64,000 nucleotides of DNA from an uncultured Clostridium sp. (GTDB lineage Bacteria; Bacillota; Clostridia; TANB77; CAG-508), in contig CAKNKX010000001.1 in NCBI GenBank assembly GCA_930987745.1, positions 11,035 to 75,034 of the forward strand. Reading direction: 5' to 3'. The notes under the pieces were generated by a model. That model worked only from the letters and a program-made list of their open reading frames with translations. It searched no databases and was not told where the DNA came from. Positions 1 through 9,563 of this stretch are shown here, piece after piece. The first letter of the stretch is position 1; the number at the start of each line of letters is the position of its first letter. Made by a program: the position numbers and the translations under genes.

Positions 1-786
1 TAATACTTCTGAAATTGCTGAGCCTAATCCTCCAATAACATTATGGTCCTCAATAGAAATAAGTTTTTTTGTCTCTTTTGCACTTTTTATAATCAAATCT
101 TTGTCGATTGGTTTTATTGTATGAATATCTACTACTCTTACATTTATTCCTTTACTTTTTAAAATCTCTTTAGCCTTTAGAGCTTCAGATACTGTAACAC
201 CTGTTGCAAAAATTGTTCCATCTGTTCCATCTCCTATTTGAATCCCTTTTCCAATTTCAAATTTCTGATTTTCATCATATATAACTGGTACCTTAAGTCT
301 TGCTAATCTTAAATATACTGGGCCTTTGATTTTTGCAATTTCTTTTACTGCCCATTTAGTTTGTGTATCATCTGAGGTAGACATTACTATTAAATTAGGA
401 ATTGTCCTCATAAGTGAAATATCTTCTAACATTTGATGTGTTGCTCCATCCTCTCCAACAGTGACCCCACTATGAGTTGCACAAATTTTAACATTTAATT
501 TTGGATAACATATACTATTTCTTATTTGGTCATAAGCTCTTCCAGCAGCAAATATTGCAAATGTACTTGCATAAGGAATTTTTCCACATGTTGAAAGTCC
601 AGCAGATGTTCCTATCATATCTGCCTCTGCTATTCCCATATCAAAAAACCTATCTGGAAACTCCTTTGCAAAAAATTCAGTTTTAGTAGCTGTAGAAACA
701 TCTGCATCTAAAACCACCACATTTTCATTTTCTTTTCCAAGCTCTACTAAAGCCTCTCCATAACTTTGGCGTGTTGCTTTTTCCAT
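1..786 (-). CDS. Transketolase, C-terminal (pyrimidine-binding) subunit, runs off the window edge
   Basis: Manual translation from ATG at 786: MEKATRQSYGEAL...DADVS...FFDMGIAE...HSGVTVGEDGATHQ. No stop before position 1, so absent from the ORF track. Confidence 0.92.
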   Translation of the reverse strand, partial: MEKATRQSYGEALVELGKENENVVVLDADVSTATKTEFFAKEFPDRFFDMGIAEADMIGTSAGLSTCGKIPYASTFAIFAAGRAYDQIRNSICYPKLNVKICATHSGVTVGEDGATHQMLEDISLMRTIPNLIVMSTSDDTQTKWAVKEIAKIKGPVYLRLARLKVPVIYDENQKFEIGKGIQIGDGTDGTIFATGVTVSEALKAKEILKSKGINVRVVDIHTIKPIDKDLIIKSAKETKKLISIEDHNVIGGLGSAISEVL

Positions 787-800
787 ACTATCTCCTTCCC

Positions 801-863
801 GGGATTTGGGGACGTTCCTTTTTTCCTTCTTTTTAGGGATTTTAAAGTACGTCCCTTAATCCC
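801..863. repeat. GGGACG...CGTCCC palindromic repeat (family A), variant copy
   Basis: gggatttggggacg...cgtcccttaatccc inverted arms between the two transketolase genes. Confidence 0.55.
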
Positions 864-1660
864 TCTTCATATTCTTCTTTATTTGGTGCTTTTCCATGCC
901 AACCTACTTGGTTTTCCATATATGATATTCCTTTTCCTTTTATTGTTTTTGCTATTATACAAGTTGGTTTTCCTTTTATATTTTTTGCAACTTCAAATGC
1001 TTTTAATATTTCATCTATATCATGTCCGTCAATTTTTATAATTTGAAATCCAAAACTTTTAAATTTTTCATCTATATTTGTAAGGCTCATTACTTCTTCG
1101 ATTGAACCATCTATTTGCAAGTTATTGTTATCAACAATTACACAAAGATTATCTAATTTATATTTATTAGATGACATCGCAGCTTCCCAGATTTGCCCTT
1201 CTTCTATTTCTCCATCTCCTAAAATACAATAAACTCTATAATTTTTCTTATCCATTTTACCTGCTATTGCCATACCATTTGCAGCAGATAGCCCTTGTCC
1301 TAAAGAACCTGTTGTCATATCTACTCCTGGTGTTTTTCTCATATCAGGATGGCCTTGAAGCATACTCCCTATTTTTCTTAAAGTTTTTAATTTTTCTTTT
1401 TCAAAAAATCCTCTATTTGCTAAACAACTATATAAAGCTGGAGCACAATGTCCTTTTGATAAAACTAATCTATCTCTATCTTCCCAATCAGGATTTTTTT
1501 CATCTATATTTAATTCATTAAAATACAAAACTGTTAAAATATCTGCAATTGATAAAGAGCCTCCTGGATGACCAGATGATGCATTATATACTTCTTCTAG
1601 TATTCCTCTTCTTATCTCTTTTGCCATTTTTTCCAATTCATCTATTTGTTCTATTTTCAA
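842..1660 (-). CDS. Transketolase, N-terminal (ThDP-binding) subunit
   Basis: SGHPGGSLS, LSKGH, GHP, TGSLGQG and GDGE..EG..WE motifs. Confidence 0.95.
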   Translation of the reverse strand: MKIEQIDELEKMAKEIRRGILEEVYNASSGHPGGSLSIADILTVLYFNELNIDEKNPDWEDRDRLVLSKGHCAPALYSCLANRGFFEKEKLKTLRKIGSMLQGHPDMRKTPGVDMTTGSLGQGLSAANGMAIAGKMDKKNYRVYCILGDGEIEEGQIWEAAMSSNKYKLDNLCVIVDNNNLQIDGSIEEVMSLTNIDEKFKSFGFQIIKIDGHDIDEILKAFEVAKNIKGKPTCIIAKTIKGKGISYMENQVGWHGKAPNKEEYEEGLRDVL

Positions 1661-1790
1661 ATTTTTCCCTCCTTATATAATTTATTTTTCATTTTTAATA
1701 TACCACAACATATATTTTTTTACCACATATTTTATACATTATTTTTTATTTCCTTATTAAATAGGTAATTTAATTTTTCTATTCATAATA

Positions 1791-1817
1791 AGAACCTTGT
1801 TGTCTAATACAATAAAA
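1791..1817 (+). repeat. AGAACCTTGTTGTCT-A-AGACAATAAAA repeat (family B)
   Basis: agaaccttgttgtctaatacaataaaa. Near-identical copies at 5554, 8831 and 44344. Confidence 0.7.
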
Positions 1818-1884
1818 ACCAGTTACTTGCTAACTGGTTTTTACTGTATTATATATTTTGTTTCATCTCTATTGATATATATAA

Positions 1885-2073
1885 AGTCCCCCGCCTTAGC
1901 CGTAAGAAGTATGGAATTTTTAAGGACCTGCTCCTAAAAACAGGTGGGTGCCTACCAAAATACTTATGGGCTTCTCACTATATAATGTGAGCTTGCACGC
2001 CATATTTATGAGATTGGCCCCTCTTAAAATTTGTTGGTTCTAAAAATTCTGTCTATACGCACTATGCAGGGAA
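1885..2073 (-). ncRNA. ssrS: 6S RNA
   Basis: Minus strand has the Firmicute 6S hallmarks ATGGCGT and GGCACCCACCTG, with complementary ends (TTCCCTG / CGGGGGA). A sigmaA-like promoter lies upstream (TTGATA-17-TAAAAT, 2102-2130). Ends approximate. Confidence 0.8.
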
Positions 2074-2331
2074 AATTGATTACTTTTCTTATTGTGATTT
2101 TATTTTAGCACAAGCTTTTTTATTTATCAAATGTAATTTTTGGTATAAATGATATATTTTCTTAATTTTTATCGCTTTATCTCTTTTTTTATTGATTATT
2201 CTCTTTTAATCGCTCTTTTTTAAACTTTGCATATATTTTATTTTTATGTTATAATAAATTAACTTTGTGCTAAGGAATATATTTTTCTTAGCACTTTTAT
2301 TTTATATAATTCTTTTGTTTAATATATTATA

Positions 2332-3006
2332 CTACATTACATATAGTAATATACACATAAATTGCAAAAAGCTTCCTAATAATATAAATAAGTGAAATAC
2401 AGAGTGCATCCATTTATGTTTTTTGCCAATTCCATAAAGAATAGCCCCTATTGTATATGCAATTCCTCCTAAAAGTAAAAGGATAAATCCTGCCATGCCT
2501 AATAGTTCTGGAAGTAGTCCTATTTTTACTACAATACACCATCCCATTATAAGATAGCAAAACATTGAGAATTTCTTAAACTTTTTTATATCTATTGAAT
2601 TTAACACTATTCCAAGTATTGCAACAGCCCATATCACTCCAAATATCCACCAACCAGTAGCAGTATCATATTCTCTTAATGTGCAAAGTGCAAAAGGTGT
2701 ATACGAACCAGCAATAAGCAAAAATATTGAGCAATGGTCTAACACTTGAAACACTCTTTTTGAATATCTTTTAGGACTTAATCCATGATAAATACTAGAC
2801 ATTGTGTACAAAACAATCATTGTTACTCCATAGATTGCTCCACTTACAACTCCATAAGTATTTCCATGTATAGCTGCAAATACTATGCAAAGTACTGTTG
2901 CAACTATTCCTAAAACTCCTCCTACTATGTGAGAAGTCATATTAAAAATTTCTTCTCCTTTTGTATATTTAGGAAGTATTCTATCTTTTAGTTTTGTTCT
3001 TGTCAT
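2332..3006 (-). CDS. Hemolysin III / PAQR family membrane protein
   Basis: EEIFNMTSH, SSIYH, LDHCSIFLLIAGSYTP and HSVFHLF motifs; about 7 TM segments. Confidence 0.93.
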   Translation of the reverse strand: MTRTKLKDRILPKYTKGEEIFNMTSHIVGGVLGIVATVLCIVFAAIHGNTYGVVSGAIYGVTMIVLYTMSSIYHGLSPKRYSKRVFQVLDHCSIFLLIAGSYTPFALCTLREYDTATGWWIFGVIWAVAILGIVLNSIDIKKFKKFSMFCYLIMGWCIVVKIGLLPELLGMAGFILLLLGGIAYTIGAILYGIGKKHKWMHSVFHLFILLGSFLQFMCILLYVM

Positions 3007-3144
3007 ATTTTCTCCTAACTTTTTTGTTTTGTATTATATCACAGATTTTATTTTTTTCAACTTTAATTTTCATTTTTACTGGAAAAAGAGAGAATCAATT
3101 ACAATCAATTCTCTCTTGAAACATGTAACCAAGGCAGAAAAGTT

Positions 3145-3810
3145 TCAGTTTTTTATTTCTGAAACTTTTCTCATAACAGTCTCATAGACGGTCGCGACTT
3201 CTTTGCTTGTCATATTCCCACGAAAGATGGGACGACCATCACTATTGTAGACTCTACATGTATCCAGAGAAAATTCGTCAGCAAGAACGAGTTCTCCCAT
3301 AGACTCGATGTCGAGTCCAAACTCGACTTTGAAATCAATCAATGTCAAGTCTATATTATTAAAAAAACGCTGAGCCACTTTGTTGATAATCTCAATATAC
3401 TTCAAAATCTCATCAACATCTTGCTCTGTCACTAAGTCCAGAGCCACAGCGGCATCTGGTGTGATATATGGATTATGAAGTCGTTCATCTTTTACCTTGA
3501 ACTCCACAATCACTGACTCCAGTTTTCTTCCAGGCTCTACACCATACCTCCGGCAAAAACTACCTTCAGTATAGTTCCTTACAATTACTTGCAATGGAAT
3601 CATGTTGGCTCTTCCCACAATTTGGGAGGAGGCCCCAGAAGAATCAATATAATGGGTTGGTACTCCCCTCTCCTCAAAATGTTCGAAGAGAAGAGAGGAA
3701 ATAGTCTTGTTCACTATTCCTTTTCCAGGAATAGTGATTCCTTTTAATCCATCTGTGAACTCAAGGTTAAGACTGAGTTCGTCTACTCCGTCAGAAATAT
3801 TCTTGCTCAT
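3145..3810 (-). CDS. Divergent PurC/SAICAR-synthetase-like protein (degenerate motifs)
   Basis: GVPTHY, IPLQVIVRN, IDFKVEFG and LADEFSLDTCR match the PurC fold. N-terminal YEGKAK and C-terminal DKD motifs are absent. Visibly GC-richer than its flanks. Confidence 0.75.
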   Translation of the reverse strand: MSKNISDGVDELSLNLEFTDGLKGITIPGKGIVNKTISSLLFEHFEERGVPTHYIDSSGASSQIVGRANMIPLQVIVRNYTEGSFCRRYGVEPGRKLESVIVEFKVKDERLHNPYITPDAAVALDLVTEQDVDEILKYIEIINKVAQRFFNNIDLTLIDFKVEFGLDIESMGELVLADEFSLDTCRVYNSDGRPIFRGNMTSKEVATVYETVMRKVSEIKN

Positions 3811-3920
3811 GTTTCATTTTTCCTCCTTTGGCGATAATTCGCCAGTTTTTATGCGTTCTTGGTTACATAAAACATTTTATCATATTCTGTATAAAACTGT
3901 CAATTAGATAAATATACTAC

Positions 3921-4701
3921 TTAAGATGCAATCATAAATCCCAAAATTCCACAAAATATCGCAAGAAAAACATCTAATATTCCGTTCATGTTAGGAATTA
4001 AAACAAAAATAGAACCTAACGAAAAGCCCAAAATCACACATAATGTCTGAGAAGCATATCTTTCTAGTAGTTTTTTTGTGATTGCCATACATATAAATCC
4101 TCCAATTACAAGACCTATTCCCATAGGAATTAATACCGGAAAATATATATTAGCAAGTGATGAAAGATATATATTATAAACTCCTAAAAGCATTAATAAA
4201 ATCGTGCTACTAACACCTGGAACAATCACTCCAATAGACATAATCATACCAGATATGAAGAAATAAATCGAATTATAGCTACTATTTTCAAATCCTGTCA
4301 TATTACCTTCTAAAAACATTAATCCTAATCCAATTATCAACGATATAATTAATAATATATAATGTTTCTTTTTGAAATTTGGTTTTTCTTTTATATTTTT
4401 AAAAAGACTTGGCATAGTACCTAAGATTAACCCTATAAATAAAGATTTTGTTTGCAAAGGATATTTTGTTAAAAAGAAATTTAAGAAATTACTTACTCCT
4501 AAAACACCTACTATTCCACCCACTATTATTGGCAACAAAAATTTAAGGTTTTTCTTTACATTTTTAAAAAAGTTCAAAATACTATCTAATAATTTTTCAT
4601 ATAAACCAAATATAACTAGAAAAACTCCGACTACTAATTCCAGGCAATATTGCTCCTGCACCTATTAATATTCCTAATAAAAACAATTTTAAAAAATTCA
4701 T
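3921..4701 (-). CDS. DUF368 family membrane protein; +1 shift at CGG 4627-4629
   Basis: RBS GAGGTG and ATG at 4701 give MNFLKLFLLGILIGAGAILPGISS. Skipping C4629 continues GVFLVIFGLYE and restores the PGISSG motif; a second motif, PGVSST, follows. 781-1=780 nt. Confidence 0.85.
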
Positions 4702-4739
4702 ATTTCACCTCTTTACATTTTATGAAGATTTTTATATGG

Positions 4740-4771
4740 TCATGCACTTTTATTTTTTTGAAACATATAAT
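4740..4771 (+). promoter_or_regulatory. Possible mother-cell (sigmaE/sigmaK-type) promoter of sigK
   Basis: TCATGCA ... CATATAAT upstream of the RBS. Resembles the Bacillus consensus but spacing is not ideal. Confidence 0.3.
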
Positions 4772-4800
4772 TTTTAATATGAGAAAATGGAGGTGCATTT

Positions 4801-5512
4801 ATGTTTTCAGCACTTTTTGTTGGGGGGATTTGTGGTTTTTTAGAATTTTTAAAAACTGCAGTATTTACTGTTCGGATATATTCAAGGTGGAAGTCTATTT
4901 CCTGAACCTTTATCAAAAGAAGAAGAAAAAAATTGTTTAGAACAAATGGCCAAAGGAGATGAAGAAGCAAGAAATATTCTAATAGAAAGGAACTTAAGAC
5001 TTGTTGCACATGTTGCAAAAAAATATAGTTCTTCTAAAGTCGAACAAGATGATTTAATTTCAATTGGCACTATTGGTTTGATTAAAGGAATTAAAAGCTT
5101 TAATGTAGAAAATGGTACCAGACTTTCTACTTATGTTTCAAGATGTATTGATAACGAAATTTTAATGCACTTAAGAGCTACAAAAAAATTAGGAGCCGAG
5201 GTTTATTTAAATGAACCTATCGGAAAAGATAAAGATGATAATGTCGTTACTCTTCAAGAGGTTTTAGAAAATGACGAAAGAAATATTGAAGATGAAGTTG
5301 ATATAAAATTAAAAATAAAACTTCTCTATGAAAAAATGAAAGAAGTACTAAAAGACCGTGAAAAAACTATTTTGGAATTAAGATTTGGTCTTGGTGGAAA
5401 AAAGCCAAAAACTCAACACGAGATTGCTGAAATGATGGGAATCTCACGTTCTTATGTATCTAGAATAGAAACAAAAGCAATAAATAAATTATCTAAAGAA
5501 ATTCAAAAATAG
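4801..5512 (+). CDS. sigK: Pro-sigmaK sporulation sigma factor; +1 shift at CGG 4873-4875
   Basis: RBS GGAGGTG and ATG 4801 give a hydrophobic pro-peptide ...AVFTV. Skipping C4873 gives GYIQGGSLFPEPLSKEEE, joining the track ORF (NLRLVAHVAKKY, DDLISIGTIGLIK, GISRSYVSRIE). 712-1=711 nt. No skin element. Confidence 0.9.
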
Positions 5513-5553
5513 TAAAAAGCCGTACAATTAGTTTATAATGTACGGCTAATCTC

Positions 5554-5586
5554 TTATTTTCTTGGACAACAAGGTTCTTTGGTACT
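5554..5586 (-). repeat. Family B repeat, reverse orientation
   Basis: Reverse complement agtaccaaagaaccttgttgtccaagaaaataa, close to the 8831 copy. Confidence 0.7.
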
Positions 5587-5624
5587 AGGTCTGCAATCTT
5601 TGATTGCTATGTCTGGTCAGGTTC

Positions 5625-6854
5625 TTATTTTTTTCTTCTTATTATCCAGTCTTTTTTACATTCTATTGGTAATTTTATCAATACTTTTTGCCCTTTAACT
5701 CCTGGGCTTATACTATCTATTTCTTCTCCAGTTTCATAATCCCATAATTTTTCAATAGTAAATTCTACAGGTGATAGTTTATATGGAACTAAAATTTCCA
5801 TCTTATCTCCTACTTTTAATTTGTTTTTTATCTCAATAATAGATTTTTCTTCGCCAAATTCTACTATTTTTCCACCAAATTCGTAATTTTCGTTATATTG
5901 CCTTCCCCCATATTCTTGAATATCTTTATTTTCTCTATCATTAAAATAAAATGTTGTAAGTCCTCTTGTTTTTACTTTTTCTAATTCTTTCAAATATTTT
6001 TCATAATCATAATTTTCAGGATTTTTCTTGTAATCATCTATTGCATTTCTATATACATTTATTACACTTGCTAAATAATATTCTGTTTTTAGCCTTCCTT
6101 CTATTTTCACACTATCTATTCCCATATCAATTATTTCTGGAAGTTCTTTTATTAAGCATAAATCTTTTGAAGAAAATATACTTGTTCCATATTCACTTGT
6201 TTCTATTGGCATAAGTTCTCCAGGATTGTTTTTTTCTTCTGCATATAGATTGTAACTCCATCTACAACTTTGTGCACAATCCCCTAAATTTGCACTTCTG
6301 CATGCTAAAAAGTCACTTAAAAAACATCTACCAGAAAACGCAAAACAAATTGCTCCATGAATAAATATCTCTACTTCTAAGTCTTTTGGCTTGTTTTCCA
6401 TTATATATTTTAATTGTTCTTTATTCATTTCTCTTGCCATAATTACTCTTTTTGCACCATATTTATACCAAAACTTACAATCTTCTAAACTTATTATATT
6501 TGCTTGTGTACTTACATTTATCGGCACACTTGGAGCATATTTTTTTAAAGTTTCAATTACTCCAACATCTGATGCAATTATTCCATCTGGCTTAGAAACT
6601 TCTAATCTTTTTGCCATATCTATTATTTCTTTGTATTTTTCATCCCAAGCAAAAATATTTAATGTTACATATACTTTTTTCCCTATTTTATGAGCATATT
6701 CTATTGTTTTTTCTAAATCATCATCTTTCATATCAGCTCTTGTTCTTAGAGATAGTGATGATGTACCACAATATACAGCATCTGCTCCATAAAGAAATGC
6801 TATTTTTGCTTTTTCAAATGACCCTGCTGGTGCTAATAATTCTATTTCTTTCAT
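5625..6854 (-). CDS. trhP: U32 family peptidase-like protein, TrhP-type tRNA U34 hydroxylation factor
   Basis: MKEIELLAPAG, GADAVY, HGAICFAFSGRC, GDCAQSCRW and KIEGRLK motifs. Lies near a YrrM/TrmR-like gene. Confidence 0.8.
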   Translation of the reverse strand: MKEIELLAPAGSFEKAKIAFLYGADAVYCGTSSLSLRTRADMKDDDLEKTIEYAHKIGKKVYVTLNIFAWDEKYKEIIDMAKRLEVSKPDGIIASDVGVIETLKKYAPSVPINVSTQANIISLEDCKFWYKYGAKRVIMAREMNKEQLKYIMENKPKDLEVEIFIHGAICFAFSGRCFLSDFLACRSANLGDCAQSCRWSYNLYAEEKNNPGELMPIETSEYGTSIFSSKDLCLIKELPEIIDMGIDSVKIEGRLKTEYYLASVINVYRNAIDDYKKNPENYDYEKYLKELEKVKTRGLTTFYFNDRENKDIQEYGGRQYNENYEFGGKIVEFGEEKSIIEIKNKLKVGDKMEILVPYKLSPVEFTIEKLWDYETGEEIDSISPGVKGQKVLIKLPIECKKDWIIRRKK

Positions 6855-6981
6855 CTTCTTCCCTCTTTTCGTCTTATATTTTATCATATTTTGTCTACTA
6901 TATCAACGAATTTATGTAGACTTTTTGTAGTTTTTATGATATACTTTAAGCTGTAATATTTTAAGTAAGGAAGTAATTATA

Positions 6982-8769
6982 ATGGATGATTTTAAAAAGC
7001 AACTAGTTGTTAGTCCAAATATTATAAATCAAGGTATTTATGAAAATGAATTGTCTAGGTATGACTCTATTTTTAAAAATCCTGCAACTATAATTTATAC
7101 ATCACAAATTTCAGCTTGTATAAAAGCTGAAATAGAACATCATTTTCCTGGCACAGATTTTTTAATAGAATGTCGTGTAAAATCAAGGCCAAGCACAACA
7201 AAAAAATTAAATTCTGCTTTAGAAAACGCAAATAATTCGGGTAATCTATTACAGTCTCCCGTGTTATATGACCTTCTAGGAATGACTATCGTTATTTATG
7301 ATATTCCCTCTAATTCCAACTTATTAGAAAATGAACGTATAAAACATTATATGGATATGCAAAAAAATATAAAAAAGGAAAAAACACTTTTTTCTAAATA
7401 CAAAAATAATTCATTAAAAAAAGTCAAAGAACTTATGTCTGATGGAGGTTATACTCCTGAAAATCTAAACGATTTAAGTAAAATCGTAAAAAAAATATCA
7501 GGTATTGGTATTAGGGCTTGCAAAAATAATGTAGAAATAGCGCAAAAAGAATGTCGTGTAGAACTTGCAAAGGAATTAGAAATTTTAATAAAAGATAGAT
7601 TAAACTCTGGTCAGTCTTATGATAAAATCGTTTCTGACTTACAAGATGAATATGAAGATTATTTTAGCTTTACTTGTGAAGAATTGGATTCTAATGATTT
7701 ACATGATGGAAAAGGATATTTGCTGATAAATTCGCCTAATAATAAAACTTTAAAATTAGTTGTTGATTCTTTAGCTCCAATAGAAACTGAAGAAGATGTA
7801 AAAAATTTTCCAATGCCACATAATCTTAAAATTATGGAATATGTTGACAACATTAGAGAATTTAAAGTAGCAGAAAAACAAATTAATGATATATCTCAAA
7901 AAACAACAAATAATATCACTGTTTTCAAAAATAAATGTCCATTTTTCGACGAAACATTATATAAATTATATATAGATTTAGACAAATTATTTCCTATTGT
8001 CGAAAATGCAAATAGAATCAACTTAGAATTTGCAAAAGATGAATGTAACAGTAAAGCTAGTAATGATATCTTAAATTATTTAGTAAATGATTCTGAATTA
8101 TTAACTAAAAAAATGGGGCTTACATCTATTCCTTCAAGAAGAAAACATATAAACAAAACAAACGGATATATAACAGAGCACTCATCAGTTTCTTCTTCTT
8201 TGTTGTCAAATTATATCCTAGAAATTTTGGCAAGGTCAGGTCATAGAAATGAAATAGCAAAAACCGGCTCTGCTGCTCATAGTAGCAGAGAAACTAAAAA
8301 AAGGTCTTTACCTGAGATTCCAAAGAACAAAAAGTTCTCTTCTTCGGCAATACAAGAACAACGTGACATTACTCCGGTATTTTTGGTTGTAAATTCAACA
8401 TCAGATAATTATTTGACATCAGTTCCAGGATTTCTAGTAAGTCATTTAACATATTTTATTAACGAATTTGAACCTCGTGATAAACATGGTCATCCTTTAG
8501 AAGAAAAAGATTATTTCTATACTGAAGGTGATTCTACAAACTTGTATCCTAATAAGGTTGACCAATTCTTGGGAACTAACTTATATAATGAAGATTCTAG
8601 TTTTCAAGACCAGCATACCATTATAGCTAAATACATTAAAGATTATAACCATTCTGAAGAAGCAAAAAAATTTAATCAATTTTTAAAAGATTATTACTCT
8701 AAAAATCCTGTCGAACAAAAAACTCAAGATTCTGAAAAAATTGATGATTCTTCTGAATTAGAGCAATAA
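6982..8769 (+). CDS. Divergent RelA/SpoT nucleotidyltransferase-like protein with a large internal insertion
   Basis: RVKSRPSTTKK (R65), DLLGMTI (D97), then GYITEH (Y396), EILARS and GSAAH. Own promoter TAGACT-17-TATACT at 6917-6945. Confidence 0.6.
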   Translation: MDDFKKQLVVSPNIINQGIYENELSRYDSIFKNPATIIYTSQISACIKAEIEHHFPGTDFLIECRVKSRPSTTKKLNSALENANNSGNLLQSPVLYDLLGMTIVIYDIPSNSNLLENERIKHYMDMQKNIKKEKTLFSKYKNNSLKKVKELMSDGGYTPENLNDLSKIVKKISGIGIRACKNNVEIAQKECRVELAKELEILIKDRLNSGQSYDKIVSDLQDEYEDYFSFTCEELDSNDLHDGKGYLLINSPNNKTLKLVVDSLAPIETEEDVKNFPMPHNLKIMEYVDNIREFKVAEKQINDISQKTTNNITVFKNKCPFFDETLYKLYIDLDKLFPIVENANRINLEFAKDECNSKASNDILNYLVNDSELLTKKMGLTSIPSRRKHINKTNGYITEHSSVSSSLLSNYILEILARSGHRNEIAKTGSAAHSSRETKKRSLPEIPKNKKFSSSAIQEQRDITPVFLVVNSTSDNYLTSVPGFLVSHLTYFINEFEPRDKHGHPLEEKDYFYTEGDSTNLYPNKVDQFLGTNLYNEDSSFQDQHTIIAKYIKDYNHSEEAKKFNQFLKDYYSKNPVEQKTQDSEKIDDSSELEQ

Positions 8770-8830
8770 TAATTTAAATTTTATATAAATAAGAACTTGA
8801 CCCGACATAGCAATCAAAGATTGCAGACAT

Positions 8831-8865
8831 AGTACCCCAGAACCTTGTTGTCTGAGACAATAAAA
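8831..8865 (+). repeat. Family B repeat
   Basis: agtaccccagaaccttgttgtctgagacaataaaa. Confidence 0.7.
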
Positions 8866-8904
8866 GGCATTGAAATCTGTTTAATTTCAATGTCTTTTCT
8901 ATAT

Positions 8905-9514
8905 TTATTTTCTATTTTCTTTTTTTCCTATGTTTCTACTTACAGCTAACCCATCTCCAACTTCTAATATGGTTGTTTCTAGTTCTTCATTTTCAGTTAC
9001 TTCTTTTAAGTACTCTCTTAAATTTCTTACAGCAGTTCTTTGTTTATGTTTGTTATAATCACTTAAAACATATCCTTTATATAAAATATTATCTGCAAAA
9101 ATAATACCATCTTTATTTAACATTCTTAAAGCTTCTTTTAAGAAAAATGGATATTTTCCTTTTGCCGCATCAATAAATACTACATCATATTTTCCATTTA
9201 AAGTTGGAAGTATTTCTACAGCATCACCTTCATATAGATTTATTTTTTCTTCCACTTCTGCTTTTTTGAAATTCTCCTTTGCTTCTTTAATCCTTTCTTC
9301 TTCTCTTTCAATAGTATCAATAGTTCCATGATCTGCTAAAAACTCTGTAAAACAAATTGCAGAATATCCGTACAGCTGTACCTATTTCTAAAAATTTTTC
9401 AGGTTTTTTATCTTTCAAATACTTTTCAATTACTTCTAAAGTATCATCCATGATAATTGGAATATGTTCTTCTAAAGCTTTTTCTTTTATTCTTGCTAAC
9501 TCTTCTCTATTCAT
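8905..9514 (-). CDS. trmR: SAM-dependent O-methyltransferase, YrrM/TrmR-like; +1 shift at CGG 9368-9370
   Basis: ATG 9514 gives MNREEL...IPII...LEIGTAV. Skipping C9370 gives GYSAICF...IDTIEREEER and joins YDVVFIDAAKGKY...ADNIL. 610-1=609 nt. Confidence 0.8.
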
Positions 9515-9528
9515 TATTTTTCTCCTTT

Positions 9529-9561
9529 TGAGACAAAGAGGGACGGAGCATTTTTGTCTCA
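9529..9561 (+). repeat. Short family A element
   Basis: tgagacaaagagggacggagcatttttgtctca; terminal inverted arms TGAGACAAA/TTTGTCTCA. Confidence 0.7.
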
Positions 9562-9563
9562 TC

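Noticed and set aside
2265-2297. GTGCTAA...TTAGCAC as a CIRCE element
   Set aside because: The arms are in the opposite order with the wrong spacing; it is a hairpin near the end of the hemolysin III gene, probably a terminator.
4801-5512. skin-like element interrupting sigK
   Set aside because: The gene is contiguous apart from the single extra C, and there is no recombinase.
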